Counted from the first letter of the stretch, positions 1 through 9,473 are shown. The stretch: DNA of 42,771 nt from Taibaiella helva (GCA_040393285.1 JBEBUO010000001.1:1-42771), one strand, 5' to 3'. Notes: a model not told the origin generated them from the letters alone. Made by a program: numbers and translations.

Positions 1-554
1 GCCTGGCGCAATGCACGGGTCATCACAACGGATGCCACAGGTTGACGGGCAGAGTTCATAACTTCAAAATTTTCCGCTTGTACATCTTCCACACGAATAT
101 TGCCATTCAGTTGTAAGTTGGTAATATCCACTTCGATATTTTCTACCAGGTGCTTGGGATAGGTACGCACTTTCAGCGCTTTCATTTTGGTCACAAAACG
201 TCCACCGGCTTTTACGCCTTCGGATTGACCAACAAACTTGAGCGGAAGATGGGCAATTACCTTTTTATCATCAACCAATTCCAGGAAGTCGATATGGGTT
301 AATGCATCGGTTACTACATCAAATTGCAAATCTTTCAGGATGCAACAGTATTCCTTACCATCCACCTTTACATTGGCCATTTGAAATTCAGGAGTGTACA
401 CCAAACCGCGTACAGCCATGGTAGGAACAGTAAAGTGAACTTCTTCCTTTCCTCCGTAAATCACACCGGGAACAAGCCCGTTTGAACGGTAATCACGGGC
501 TGCTTTCTTACCCATGTCACTTCTGTGTTGTCCTTCGATAACTACAGTTTTCAT
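1..554 (-). CDS. rplY: 50S ribosomal protein L25/general stress protein Ctc (3' end outside the window)
   Basis: Not in the ORF track. Manual translation from ATG 554: MKTVVIEGQHRSDMGKKAARDYRSNGLVPGVIYGG...ILKDLQFDVVTDALTHIDFLEL...SEGVKAGG; typical prs-rplY order. Confidence 0.95.
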   Translation of the reverse strand, partial: MKTVVIEGQHRSDMGKKAARDYRSNGLVPGVIYGGKEEVHFTVPTMAVRGLVYTPEFQMANVKVDGKEYCCILKDLQFDVVTDALTHIDFLELVDDKKVIAHLPLKFVGQSEGVKAGGRFVTKMKALKVRTYPKHLVENIEVDITNLQLNGNIRVEDVQAENFEVMNSARQPVASVVMTRALRQ

Positions 555-686
555 TTTTGTTTCATTTTTCAACCATTCAGCGCCAAACGTAATGCCCAAC
601 GAACACCTGCACCCTGAATAGTAATTTTAAAATTTGATTGGATTAAACGGCTTAAGCCGGTTGGGTTTTTTTGCTTAGACAGTAGG

Positions 687-1637
687 TTACTTATTGTTTC
701 GCTGGTTACGGATAAACAGCGAATTAATAGATTTATTTTCAAAAGTATTGCGAATAGCAATGGCAAAAAGATCGGCGGTAGACAGCACTTCTATCTTTTT
801 ACACGCTTGCTTAAGCGGAATGGTATCACACACCACCAGGCTTTCCAACACCGAATTTTCGATATTCTCATACGCATTTCCACTCAATACGGGATGGGTA
901 CAAAAAGCACGTACACTCAATGCGCCTCTTTCTTTGAGAATGGCAGCAGACTTGCTTAAGGTACCTGCTGTATCACAAATATCATCAATCAACACCACAT
1001 GCTTCCCGGTCACGTCCCCTATTACCGTCATGGATGCAATTTCATTAGCGCGCTTACGCTGCTTGTCGCAAATTACCATTTCAGCATTAAAATAGCTGGC
1101 CACTTCACGCACCCTGTTCGTGCTACCTACATCTGGAGAGGCAAAACAAAGGTGTTCCAGGTCCAACTTCTCAATATAGGGTATGAAAATAGCTGAGCTA
1201 TCCAGGTGGTCCACAGGGATATCAAAGAAACCCTGAATCTGTGGCGCATGCAAGTCCATCGTCATGACCCGGTCGGCACCCGCAGTAGTCAGCAGGTTAG
1301 CCACCAGTTTGGAACCAATAGACACCCGTGGCTTATCCTTACGATCCTGCCGGGCAAACCCATAGTAGGGAATAACGGCTGTAATATAGCCAGCCGAAGC
1401 CCTTTTGGCAGCATCGATCATCAACAGCAATTCCATCAGGTTGTCAGAAGGGGAATTCGTACTTTGAACCAGAAATACATAATCGCCTCTTACCGATTCC
1501 TTAAACACCGGCTGGAATTCACCATCGCTAAACTTCTGGATCGTAATGTTACCTAGTGTAGTACCAAAAGCTTTTGCGATTTTCTCGGCCAGGTATTGTG
1601 AGGTGGTTCCTGAACAAATTTTTACGGTTGGTTGCAT
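687..1637 (-). CDS. prs: Ribose-phosphate pyrophosphokinase
   Basis: FSDGE, YYGFARQDRK, MDLHAPQIQGFF and the PRPP-binding loop LIDDICDTAGT. Confidence 0.98.
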   Translation of the reverse strand: MQPTVKICSGTTSQYLAEKIAKAFGTTLGNITIQKFSDGEFQPVFKESVRGDYVFLVQSTNSPSDNLMELLLMIDAAKRASAGYITAVIPYYGFARQDRKDKPRVSIGSKLVANLLTTAGADRVMTMDLHAPQIQGFFDIPVDHLDSSAIFIPYIEKLDLEHLCFASPDVGSTNRVREVASYFNAEMVICDKQRKRANEIASMTVIGDVTGKHVVLIDDICDTAGTLSKSAAILKERGALSVRAFCTHPVLSGNAYENIENSVLESLVVCDTIPLKQACKKIEVLSTADLFAIAIRNTFENKSINSLFIRNQRNNK

Positions 1638-1655
1638 GTGCCTTTAAATGAGGCG

Positions 1656-1663
1656 CAAAGGTA
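1656..1663 (-). promoter_or_regulatory. Bacteroidota sigma-A -7 element (TACCTTTG) for prs
   Basis: Exact TAnnTTTG match 18 nt upstream of the ATG. Confidence 0.7.
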
Positions 1664-1685
1664 ACAAAATTCCTAAAACATCGGT

Positions 1686-1725
1686 AAAAAATTATATCCC
1701 ACCGGCAAATGGGGCCAGTGGGATA
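1686..1725 (-). terminator. Intrinsic terminator after rseP
   Basis: Minus strand TATCCCACTGGC-7 nt-GCCGGTGGGATA (12 bp, one G-U), followed by TAATTTTTT. Confidence 0.7.
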
Positions 1726-1748
1726 AGCACATGAGGGAACGCAATTAT

Positions 1749-3119
1749 CTAATCTTTAAACAAGCGGAAAATATCCATCCCGTTGGCATATACCATCAGC
1801 ACCAGCAGCAGAACGAGCCCCACAGTAGTGGCCACCTCCAATACCTTTTCATTCACTTTACGTCCGGTAACCATTTCAATTAAGGTAAACACCACATATC
1901 CCCCGTCCAATCCGGGTATGGGTAATAAATTCATAAACGCCAGTACAATAGACAAAAATGCGGTGACCGTCCAGAAATGCTGCCAATCCCACTGCTTGGG
2001 ATATATCTTGGTAAGCGTAACAAAACCACCAAGGCCCTTATAGGCACCTGTAGAGGGATTGAGGATCAATTTAAACTGCTGTACATACTTATCCAAAGTA
2101 TTCATGGCCAGCCCTACACCACCTGGAAATGCTTCGAAAAAACCATACTTTTTAACTTCGAGCTGGTAACCCATCTTAGCCAGGTCTTCTACCTTGCCGG
2201 GTACTGCCCGGACAAAACCCAAGGATCCGGTATCGGAGATGTGTACAGGCAGGGTCATATGCTCCCCGTCACGTATAATTTCTACCTGTGCTACTTCGCC
2301 CTTTTTGGCTAAGGACTGCTCGCGTAGTTCCTTAAAATAAGGTGTAGGCACACCGTCTAGCGCAACAACCTGGTCAGCAGGCTGCAGACCGGCCTTTTCT
2401 GCTCCCGAGTCTTTAGCAATTTCCCCTACAATAGTAGGAATAGGCACAGCAAACAATTGACGACCTTTATTATCAATCAACTGTTCAATAAAATTAACCG
2501 GCATGACCAGGGTTTCCCGACTACCATTTCTTTCTACAATCACCGTTCTGGCCGAAATCATTTCGGGCATTAATTCATCATAATATGCTATATCCTTGTT
2601 ATTTACCGATATAATTTTATCGCCATCCTGAAAACCCATCTTATAGGCAAGGGAGTCCGTAATGGCCACCCCTTGTGTTAACTGCGACATGGGCAGGCGT
2701 TCCTGTCCCCATACAAACAAAATCATCGCATAAATCAGGAAAGCCAGCAGCACATTCACAATAATTCCGCCCAACATGATGAGGAGGCGCTGGTAGGGCT
2801 TCTTGGATCGAAACTCCCAGGGTTCCGGTGGTTTGGCCATTTGTTCTTTGTCCATGCTCTCATCCACCATACCGGCAATTTTCACATAGCCGCCGAGCGG
2901 AAACCAACCCACACCCCAGGTTGTCTCACCTACTTTCTTTTTGAATAAGGAAAATGGCAGGATATTGCTGAAAGGGAAAAGGAAGTCAAAAAACAAGTAA
3001 AATTTTTCCACGCGGGTTTTAAACAACCGGGCAAAAAAGAAGTGACCACCTTCATGTAATACAATTAATAATGAAAGGGCTAATATAAACTGAAGAATCT
3101 GTACCCAAATACCTGACAT
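1749..3119 (-). CDS. rseP: RIP metalloprotease RseP (M50, PDZ)
   Basis: HEGGH zinc motif, PLGGYVKI, NLLPIPGLDGG; downstream of dxr. Confidence 0.96.
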   Translation of the reverse strand: MSGIWVQILQFILALSLLIVLHEGGHFFFARLFKTRVEKFYLFFDFLFPFSNILPFSLFKKKVGETTWGVGWFPLGGYVKIAGMVDESMDKEQMAKPPEPWEFRSKKPYQRLLIMLGGIIVNVLLAFLIYAMILFVWGQERLPMSQLTQGVAITDSLAYKMGFQDGDKIISVNNKDIAYYDELMPEMISARTVIVERNGSRETLVMPVNFIEQLIDNKGRQLFAVPIPTIVGEIAKDSGAEKAGLQPADQVVALDGVPTPYFKELREQSLAKKGEVAQVEIIRDGEHMTLPVHISDTGSLGFVRAVPGKVEDLAKMGYQLEVKKYGFFEAFPGGVGLAMNTLDKYVQQFKLILNPSTGAYKGLGGFVTLTKIYPKQWDWQHFWTVTAFLSIVLAFMNLLPIPGLDGGYVVFTLIEMVTGRKVNEKVLEVATTVGLVLLLVLMVYANGMDIFRLFKD

Positions 3120-3187
3120 AGGTGAAAATAAATTAGCATATAGACAATGGTCTGTTATTTAAACCATTGTAACATATTGGTGGTTAA

Positions 3188-4357
3188 TCAATTATACAAT
3201 TGGCTGCTTTTAGCCTTACTTTGTGCAAATGCACGGGTGCTCTCATCCGTCCGTTCCAGTTCCTCAAGACTGGGATGTGCTATAAAAGGTATGGAACCCA
3301 GAGCATCCTCGATAATATCGTTCATTTCCAAAAACCCCACTTTATTGTTCAGAAATGCTTGTACGACTACTTCATTGGCCGCATTCAGCACGCAGGGTGC
3401 ATTGCCTCCCTTAAACATGGCTTCCTTGGCCAGGGCCAGGTTCCTAAAAGTTTTATAATCGGGTTGTTCAAAAGACAAATTACAAAAGTCCCTGAAATCC
3501 AGTCGTTTAAAGTTATTCTGTGCCCTATCAGGAAAAGTGAGCGCATATTGAATGGGCAATTTCATGTCGGGCAGGCCCATCTGGGCCTTGATCGAACTGT
3601 CGGTAAATTGCACCATCGAATGGATAACGGACTGAGGATGCACCAGCACATCTATTTGTTCATTTTGCAGGCCAAACAACCATTTAGCCTCGATCATCTC
3701 TAAACCCTTATTCATCAAAGTGGCCGAGTCAATCGTAATTTTGGCACCCATAGACCAGTTCGGATGCTGCAGGGCATGGTCTTTTTTTACATTAACCAGA
3801 AAATTGGGCTTCCGACCTAAAAAAGGGCCTCCGGAAGCCGTGAGGATAACTTTCTCCACGCTGCCTGCCGGTTCCCCTATAAGGCACTGAAACAGAGCAG
3901 AATGCTCGCTATCTACCGGAACCAACAGGGTTTTCTTTTCGGCTACCTGCTGCATCACCAATTCACCGGCCACCACTAAGGTTTCTTTGTTGGCCAGTGC
4001 CACAGTTTTACCGGCAGTGATGGCTGCTAAAGTAGAATGCAGACCAGCAAAACCCACAATGGCTGCCAATACCAGATCGACCGAGTCCCATTGCACCACA
4101 TCACACAAAGCCTCATTACCTGAGAACACTTTTATGGGCAATGCACTAAGGGCCTGCTTTACTTTTTCATATTGATTAGGGTCGGTAATAACCACCGCAT
4201 TAGGTTCATATTTACCCGCCTGTTGTATCAGCAGATCCGCATTGCTATGGGCCGTCAACACCTCAACACTAAAAAGATCAGGATGAGCATCCACTACTTC
4301 TAATGCCTGAGTCCCAATAGAACCGGTTGCGCCTAAAATAGCAATTTTTTTCTTCAT
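3188..4357 (-). CDS. dxr: 1-deoxy-D-xylulose-5-phosphate reductoisomerase
   Basis: GATGSIG, LANKE, PVDSEH, TASGGPF, HPNWSMGAKITIDSATLMNKGLE. Confidence 0.98.
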   Translation of the reverse strand: MKKKIAILGATGSIGTQALEVVDAHPDLFSVEVLTAHSNADLLIQQAGKYEPNAVVITDPNQYEKVKQALSALPIKVFSGNEALCDVVQWDSVDLVLAAIVGFAGLHSTLAAITAGKTVALANKETLVVAGELVMQQVAEKKTLLVPVDSEHSALFQCLIGEPAGSVEKVILTASGGPFLGRKPNFLVNVKKDHALQHPNWSMGAKITIDSATLMNKGLEMIEAKWLFGLQNEQIDVLVHPQSVIHSMVQFTDSSIKAQMGLPDMKLPIQYALTFPDRAQNNFKRLDFRDFCNLSFEQPDYKTFRNLALAKEAMFKGGNAPCVLNAANEVVVQAFLNNKVGFLEMNDIIEDALGSIPFIAHPSLEELERTDESTRAFAQSKAKSSQLYN

Positions 4358-4365
4358 ACCGGGCG

Positions 4366-4373
4366 CAAAGGTA
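4366..4373 (-). promoter_or_regulatory. -7 element (TACCTTTG) for dxr-rseP
   Basis: Exact TAnnTTTG match, only 8 nt before the ATG. Confidence 0.65.
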
Positions 4374-4437
4374 AAGAAATTGACCCGATAAAGGTCAGGA
4401 CCTATAGTAATTAATATGGACTAAACTGATACTACTG

Positions 4438-5796
4438 TCAAAAAGTAAATTGGGCCCTGAGGGTCAGCACACCATCTTTTAAGTCTTCCTCGTAGCCGGG
4501 CAGTTGCGTGTGCTCATTCATGGGATGTTCGTACCAAAGCACTGCTTTCAGATTGGCATTAAAGTAGTACATATAGCCGCCACCCACGGTATGAAACAGC
4601 ATATCTGCATCGGTAAAGCCACTCGCTGCGGTAAGCTCATTTCCATCCACCCGCGTATTCGGATCATACCAGTCGTACTTCAAAATCATCTGGTGTTTCC
4701 AGCTGCCTAAATGTTGTAAATAATAAAAATAAGCCCCGTTAAAATTTCGGGTATAGAGCGGTGCTTCCAGGCTTCCGTCAAGGGGATAGGTACCTGGCGT
4801 AACAGAAGAAGTGGCGGTTCCGGATTGCAAACCGCTGATGTATTCAGCCCTTAGCTCCGACTGCCCCACCCCGTTGGGAATAATGAGCTGCACATCGGCA
4901 CCATAATACCGCCTTGGCGCGATGCTACCGAGGTTGGCCGCTGTCGAATCGCTCCGGAAACGCCAGCCCCCATTGGCCTGTTGCATACTGTATTTAAACG
5001 GACTCTGGTTAACTATCCCGCCCCAATAGCCGCTAATGCCTCCGGATAACTTAAGGGAGGTCCCTTTTATTTCCTGCTTTTTAGAACTTATACGCGCTAC
5101 CAGTTCCTTATAGCTGTCATATTCCATGGGGCCGGTAAGTCCTTGTCCGTTATAGATTCCGAGATCTACCGACAGCCATTTCCATTTGGATTCCTTTTTT
5201 CTGGGATTAAAAGTAAAGGTAATACCCAAATCTCGCTCTGTACCCATCAGTATTTGCGACATGCGGCCCCTTTCCGGTGCTTCACGGCTAACGGAAGACA
5301 ACAAAATCTCATGCCCGAAAGGACGGGCCATCACCCCTACAGTAGCATGAAACAACTGCCATTTATTTTCGTAATACCGCCCCCAGAAATCGCGAATGTT
5401 CACACCCTTTTCTGAGCCGTCAAACTGGAACACAAAATATACGGAAGCATTTCCGTCACCATCATAGTGGGTAAAATCAGTGCGCAAACGGCCTCTTCTT
5501 AAACGGAAGCGGTTGTCAGAGAATTTCCCGAATTCCCCGCCCTGATAGGTATTGCCGTCTGCGCCTTCGGACTGTGCCCATTGGTATTGCGGTTGTATGT
5601 AACCACTAAAGCCCAGATGCCCGTAAACGGAATAAAGGGAGAGCATATGCTTACCCATCAGGGTGGAGGTGTCGATTAAATCGGTAAGCAGGCTGTTTGT
5701 GCCCATATTTACCGTTTCCTTTTTTGGCACCTGAGCCAGGAGCGGCGTTTGCCGGGTGCAGGCTAGTAATAATATTAGCAAAAGAGCAGTACGCAT
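4438..5796 (-). CDS. Outer-membrane porin, phosphate-selective porin O/P-like
   Basis: Signal peptide, FSGYIQPQYQ and FRLRRGRL strands, amphipathic beta pattern, C-terminal Phe (LRAQFTF). Confidence 0.75.
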   Translation of the reverse strand: MRTALLLILLLACTRQTPLLAQVPKKETVNMGTNSLLTDLIDTSTLMGKHMLSLYSVYGHLGFSGYIQPQYQWAQSEGADGNTYQGGEFGKFSDNRFRLRRGRLRTDFTHYDGDGNASVYFVFQFDGSEKGVNIRDFWGRYYENKWQLFHATVGVMARPFGHEILLSSVSREAPERGRMSQILMGTERDLGITFTFNPRKKESKWKWLSVDLGIYNGQGLTGPMEYDSYKELVARISSKKQEIKGTSLKLSGGISGYWGGIVNQSPFKYSMQQANGGWRFRSDSTAANLGSIAPRRYYGADVQLIIPNGVGQSELRAEYISGLQSGTATSSVTPGTYPLDGSLEAPLYTRNFNGAYFYYLQHLGSWKHQMILKYDWYDPNTRVDGNELTAASGFTDADMLFHTVGGGYMYYFNANLKAVLWYEHPMNEHTQLPGYEEDLKDGVLTLRAQFTF

Positions 5797-5818
5797 ACCG
5801 GGAAGTTATTTTAGGGTG

Positions 5819-5826
5819 CAAAAGTA
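5819..5826 (-). promoter_or_regulatory. -7 element (TACTTTTG) for the porin gene
   Basis: TAnnTTTG match 22 nt upstream of the ATG. Confidence 0.6.
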
Positions 5827-5897
5827 TTCCTTAACTTTAAAATAGCCTTTAAATAATAGTATCGTAATTATTTGATAACATAGCGCCTGTCTTCGGA

Positions 5898-6236
5898 TCA
5901 AATGAGTTCGGCAGGATCCCAGAATACCCGCTTAAAATCCTGCACCTGGTCATCTTTGACCACGATGCCTTCCTGTTCCAGTAATTGTTGCATCGTTTCC
6001 GGCGTTTCAAAATACATTTTGCCTGAGAGTAAACCATTTCGGTTCACCACCCTGTGTGCCGGTACATCTTTATACTGATGGGCGGCGTTCAAGGCCCAGC
6101 CCACAAGGCGCGCAGAGCCACCAGTACCGATACAGCGCGCGATGGCACCATAGGAGGTCACCCTACCCTTCGGCACCTGTCGTACCAGGTCATAAATAAA
6201 GTCGTATATAGAGGAGGTATCAGGCATGAGCTTCAT
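5898..6236 (-). CDS. Alkyltransferase-like protein (MGMT family, YbaZ/ATL type)
   Basis: VPKGRVTSYGAIA and ARLVGWAL; PAHRV replaces the catalytic PCHRV. Confidence 0.9.
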   Translation of the reverse strand: MKLMPDTSSIYDFIYDLVRQVPKGRVTSYGAIARCIGTGGSARLVGWALNAAHQYKDVPAHRVVNRNGLLSGKMYFETPETMQQLLEQEGIVVKDDQVQDFKRVFWDPAELI

Positions 6237-6442
6237 TCTGGCACATCAGTGGCCTGGGAGGATGGTTTACTCCGCTTCGCAAGCAAACGGCTACGTCCCG
6301 GTTCTGATACATTTATATAATCATACGGACAATGCAGGCAACCATTGCCGCAGCAATACCCTCTTTTGCTCAGGAAGTGAGCGGTGAGCACCATTCTGCC
6401 TTCCGGGTTGAAATAATAATCCAGTCCTTCCTTCAATTCCAT
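6233..6442 (-). CDS. Small Cys-rich protein (DUF5522-like)
   Basis: DYYFNPEGRMVLTAHFLSKRGYCCGNGCLHCPY signature; ATGA overlap with the ATL gene. Confidence 0.85.
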   Translation of the reverse strand: MELKEGLDYYFNPEGRMVLTAHFLSKRGYCCGNGCLHCPYDYINVSEPGRSRLLAKRSKPSSQATDVPE

Positions 6443-6459
6443 AAGCAGTTGATATGCCT

Positions 6460-7113
6460 TTAACCGGGAATGCGGGAAATATACTTTTTCATTTCGTTCA
6501 GCTGCTCTACGATCTGCTCATTCTTAGGTTTCGCCGCTTTGGCCTTGGCATAATAAAACTTTCCACCTTTAAAGTTACGGCTGTTGATACATATGGAGGC
6601 CAACTGAAGATACGCCGTAGCATTACTGTCGGGATCGGGCAAACCCGCTTTTACTGCTTTGCGCAGGTGTTCATAGGCCTCTTTGGAATTGCCCTTGCGA
6701 TAAGCTATGGTACCCAATTGCAGGTAAGCCGTACCCTGAAAATCCTTATCTGTCACGCCGGCTTCAATACCCTTTCGGATCTCCGCCTCGGCCGAGTCCA
6801 GGTCTTCGTTCATGGAGGAAAAGTTCGCCTTCATCATATAATACGCAGAGCGGATCGGCTTATACAGCAGGTTAGGATACTTTACTTTATCCAAAAGGAC
6901 TTTTGCCCCCTCTACATTACCTTCTTCCACATAACGCTGCAACAAGGTGATGGGCCCTACCATAAAATGGGCTACGACCATCAATAAGGCAATAAATATA
7001 GGTAGCCAGCCTAACCACCAGGTAACTTCCATTCCCAGCCAAACTCCTAATCCGATAAATAAAACGGCCAGCCACAAACGGTTGACCACAATAAAACGAC
7101 GTAATGCAAACAT
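6460..7113 (-). CDS. Membrane-anchored TPR protein
   Basis: Two N-terminal TM helices, then TPR repeats (AYLQLGTIAY, AYLQLASICI). Start moved to ATG 7113 because a -7 element lies at 7132-7139. Confidence 0.85.
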   Translation of the reverse strand: MFALRRFIVVNRLWLAVLFIGLGVWLGMEVTWWLGWLPIFIALLMVVAHFMVGPITLLQRYVEEGNVEGAKVLLDKVKYPNLLYKPIRSAYYMMKANFSSMNEDLDSAEAEIRKGIEAGVTDKDFQGTAYLQLGTIAYRKGNSKEAYEHLRKAVKAGLPDPDSNATAYLQLASICINSRNFKGGKFYYAKAKAAKPKNEQIVEQLNEMKKYISRIPG

Positions 7114-7131
7114 AAATAACTTGATTGGCAG

Positions 7132-7139
7132 CAAAGGTA
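7132..7139 (-). promoter_or_regulatory. -7 element (TACCTTTG) for the TPR-DUF5522-ATL operon
   Basis: Exact match 18 nt upstream of ATG 7113. Confidence 0.65.
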
Positions 7140-7266
7140 ATTCAAATATACAGGCATACAAAAATTAAGGACCGGAGCGCAAAAATGAAAAAAATTAACA
7201 CTTTGTTTTGGATATGTTGCTTTTTTTCTATTTTGTGGTTCTATTGTAAACGCAAACCAAACCAAC

Positions 7267-7482
7267 ATGAAAAAATCAAGGACATTCTTCCTGACACTAT
7301 TTGTAACTACCTTATTTTTAGGAGGATGTATGAAAAACGGAAATTATACCTGCATTTGCACGGATGAGGATGGGTATCAGGAAGAATTCATTTTAGAAGA
7401 CCAAACCAAAGCTAATGCGCGGATAACCTGCAAGGCAATGGATATGGCAGGATCAAAAGAATTTGAATGTAAGCTAAAATAA
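7267..7482 (+). CDS. Small 4-Cys lipoprotein, paralogue 1
   Basis: MKK, hydrophobic core, lipobox LGGC; mature part YTCIC...C...C; similar to the next gene. Confidence 0.8.
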   Translation: MKKSRTFFLTLFVTTLFLGGCMKNGNYTCICTDEDGYQEEFILEDQTKANARITCKAMDMAGSKEFECKLK

Positions 7483-7635
7483 CCTTTCGGCAAATCAAGC
7501 CAAGCAGGAACATGAATCAATACCTGGCCTTTATGGCTCCTTAAGTTGAAAATACCTTATTTGGACACTTATATAAGTATATTCGTAACTTTTTAATTAT
7601 TTATGTTTATTTTAGTTCACTAAACAATGTTGTAT

Positions 7636-7845
7636 ATGAAAAAAGCGATCGTAAGTATTGCAGTAATTGCCCTAGCGGCAATAACGCTTCCATCCTGTCA
7701 AAAAAATTATGACTGTGTGTGCACGTTCAACGGCGAGGAAGTGGCCCGTGTTTCTTTAGGAAAACAAACTCGTAAAGATGCTAAAGCCGCTTGTGATGCT
7801 AAAGCTACCGGAAACGGGGTTGTCTGGAAATGTGAGATTGAGTAA
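7636..7845 (+). CDS. Small 4-Cys lipoprotein, paralogue 2
   Basis: MKK, hydrophobic core, lipobox LPSC; mature part YDCVC...C...C; followed by a terminator. Alternative start 7627. Confidence 0.85.
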   Translation: MKKAIVSIAVIALAAITLPSCQKNYDCVCTFNGEEVARVSLGKQTRKDAKAACDAKATGNGVVWKCEIE

Positions 7846-7854
7846 TGAATAGAT

Positions 7855-7892
7855 CAAAAAAGGTTGCCGACTCAGGTGGGCAACCTTTTTTG
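7855..7892. terminator. Bidirectional intrinsic terminator
   Basis: CAAAAAAGGTTGCC / GGCAACCTTTTTTG perfect inverted repeat between convergent genes. Confidence 0.9.
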
Positions 7893-7925
7893 TGTTACAG
7901 CAAAGCCACACATTCATTATAAGCG

Positions 7926-8423
7926 TTACAAATCCCGCTTAAACTTGATCATTTTCAAGGCTGTAATCATGGCCTCCTCTCCTTTATGGCCATGGGCACC
8001 GCCCAGTCGTTCCCATGCCTGAGCATCGGTATCTAGGGTGAGCACGCCAAAAATAACCGGAATGGGCAGGAAAACATTCAATCTGCCAATTCCCTCTGCC
8101 ACCATTTTACACACATAATCAAAATGTGGTGTACCGCCCCGCACCACCGCACCGAATGCAATGATCGCTTCAGGTGCCTCAGAGGCCAGGATTTGCGCTT
8201 CGTGCAGTGCCTTACAGGCAAAAGGGAGTTCTACACAGCCCGGAACCATGCATACCTTACATACAATAGCGCCCAGTTCCTGTGCCACTCGTTGCGCGCC
8301 AGCTATTTGTTCAGCCACAATAGCTTCATTCCACTCCGTAGCCACAATGGCTACCCTTGCGCCTTTCAGGTGACGCAATGGTTCTAGATCAAGCAAACTT
8401 GAGCTTTCTGATGATATTGCCAT
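7926..8423 (-). CDS. ribH: 6,7-dimethyl-8-ribityllumazine synthase
   Basis: VPGCVELP, GAVVRGGTPHFDYVC, PVIFGVLT, KGEEA. Confidence 0.95.
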   Translation of the reverse strand: MAISSESSSLLDLEPLRHLKGARVAIVATEWNEAIVAEQIAGAQRVAQELGAIVCKVCMVPGCVELPFACKALHEAQILASEAPEAIIAFGAVVRGGTPHFDYVCKMVAEGIGRLNVFLPIPVIFGVLTLDTDAQAWERLGGAHGHKGEEAMITALKMIKFKRDL

Positions 8424-8449
8424 AAGCCCTATTCAATTTTAGAAAATTA

Positions 8450-9040
8450 TTAGGTGGTTCCCATCTGCAGTAAATGGGCGTGAAGTTGCCGCACTTGTTG
8501 AATCACCGATCGGGTTTCATCATTATAAAGGACATAGTCGCAGCGCGCCATCTTTTCCTCTTCGTCCATTTGATTGACCATTCTTTTCCTGATCTGCTCC
8601 TCACCAATGCCGTCGCGTTTCGTAGCACGTGCCAGCCGCATCCCTTCGGGTGCAAACACGCCTATCATTTTATCCATCTCCCGGAAACTACCACTTTCAA
8701 AAAACAGGGCAGCCTCTTTAAGTACATAAGGTGTGGTTTGCCTGGCCATCCATGCTTTACCATAGGCAATAACAGCAGGATGTACCAATGCATTCAGCTG
8801 TTGCAATTGCTCCGCATGTTCAAACACCATTGAAGACAAAAAGGGCCGGTTGAGCCGGCCTTCTTTATATACTTCTTGTCCAAATGCTGCAATCAGGCCA
8901 TTTTTCAGCACTTGATCATGCACCATTAAGTACTTAGCGGCTTCGTCGGCGTTAAATACAGGAACGCCCAATAAGCCAAACATACGGGCTATCAAACTTT
9001 TACCTGATCCTATTCCTCCTGTAATGCCTACCTTCAGCAT
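8450..9040 (-). CDS. coaE: Dephospho-CoA kinase
   Basis: GITGGIGSGKS P-loop, LNALVHPAV, EAALFFE. Confidence 0.97.
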   Translation of the reverse strand: MLKVGITGGIGSGKSLIARMFGLLGVPVFNADEAAKYLMVHDQVLKNGLIAAFGQEVYKEGRLNRPFLSSMVFEHAEQLQQLNALVHPAVIAYGKAWMARQTTPYVLKEAALFFESGSFREMDKMIGVFAPEGMRLARATKRDGIGEEQIRKRMVNQMDEEEKMARCDYVLYNDETRSVIQQVRQLHAHLLQMGTT

Positions 9041-9083
9041 AAGTTATAGATGATGCAAGACCAACCCCAATAGCCGGACCTAC

Positions 9084-9446
9084 TTATTTCACAGCCGCTG
9101 CCGCGGGAACACCCAGGTTTCCTCTTTTCTGAGCAGCCTGAGTCATTTCCATAGAGATCGCCTGACGTTCAATGGTAATAGTTGTATTACGGTCTATTTC
9201 AATCGCGAGTGTACCGTCCTCATTAGCGCGTACAATACGGCCATGAATACCGGAAGAGGTAACAATTTTATCACCTGTGTTCATGCTTTCTGCAAACTTC
9301 TTTTGCTCCTTGGCACGTTTTTGTTGCGGACGAATCATAAAGAAGTACATGACGGCGATCATACCTACCAGCATTATGGGCATCATCATACCACCACCCG
9401 GTGCAGGAGCCGCTTGTAATAATGTGGTTTCGAAAAATAAATTCAT
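9084..9446 (-). CDS. yajC: Preprotein translocase subunit YajC
   Basis: MYFFMIRPQQKRAK, GDKIVTSSGIHG. Start moved to ATG 9446 because of the -7 element at 9474-9481. Confidence 0.95.
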   Translation of the reverse strand: MNLFFETTLLQAAPAPGGGMMMPIMLVGMIAVMYFFMIRPQQKRAKEQKKFAESMNTGDKIVTSSGIHGRIVRANEDGTLAIEIDRNTTITIERQAISMEMTQAAQKRGNLGVPAAAAVK

Positions 9447-9473
9447 TAGTTGTCTGATTTTTTTAATGAGGTG

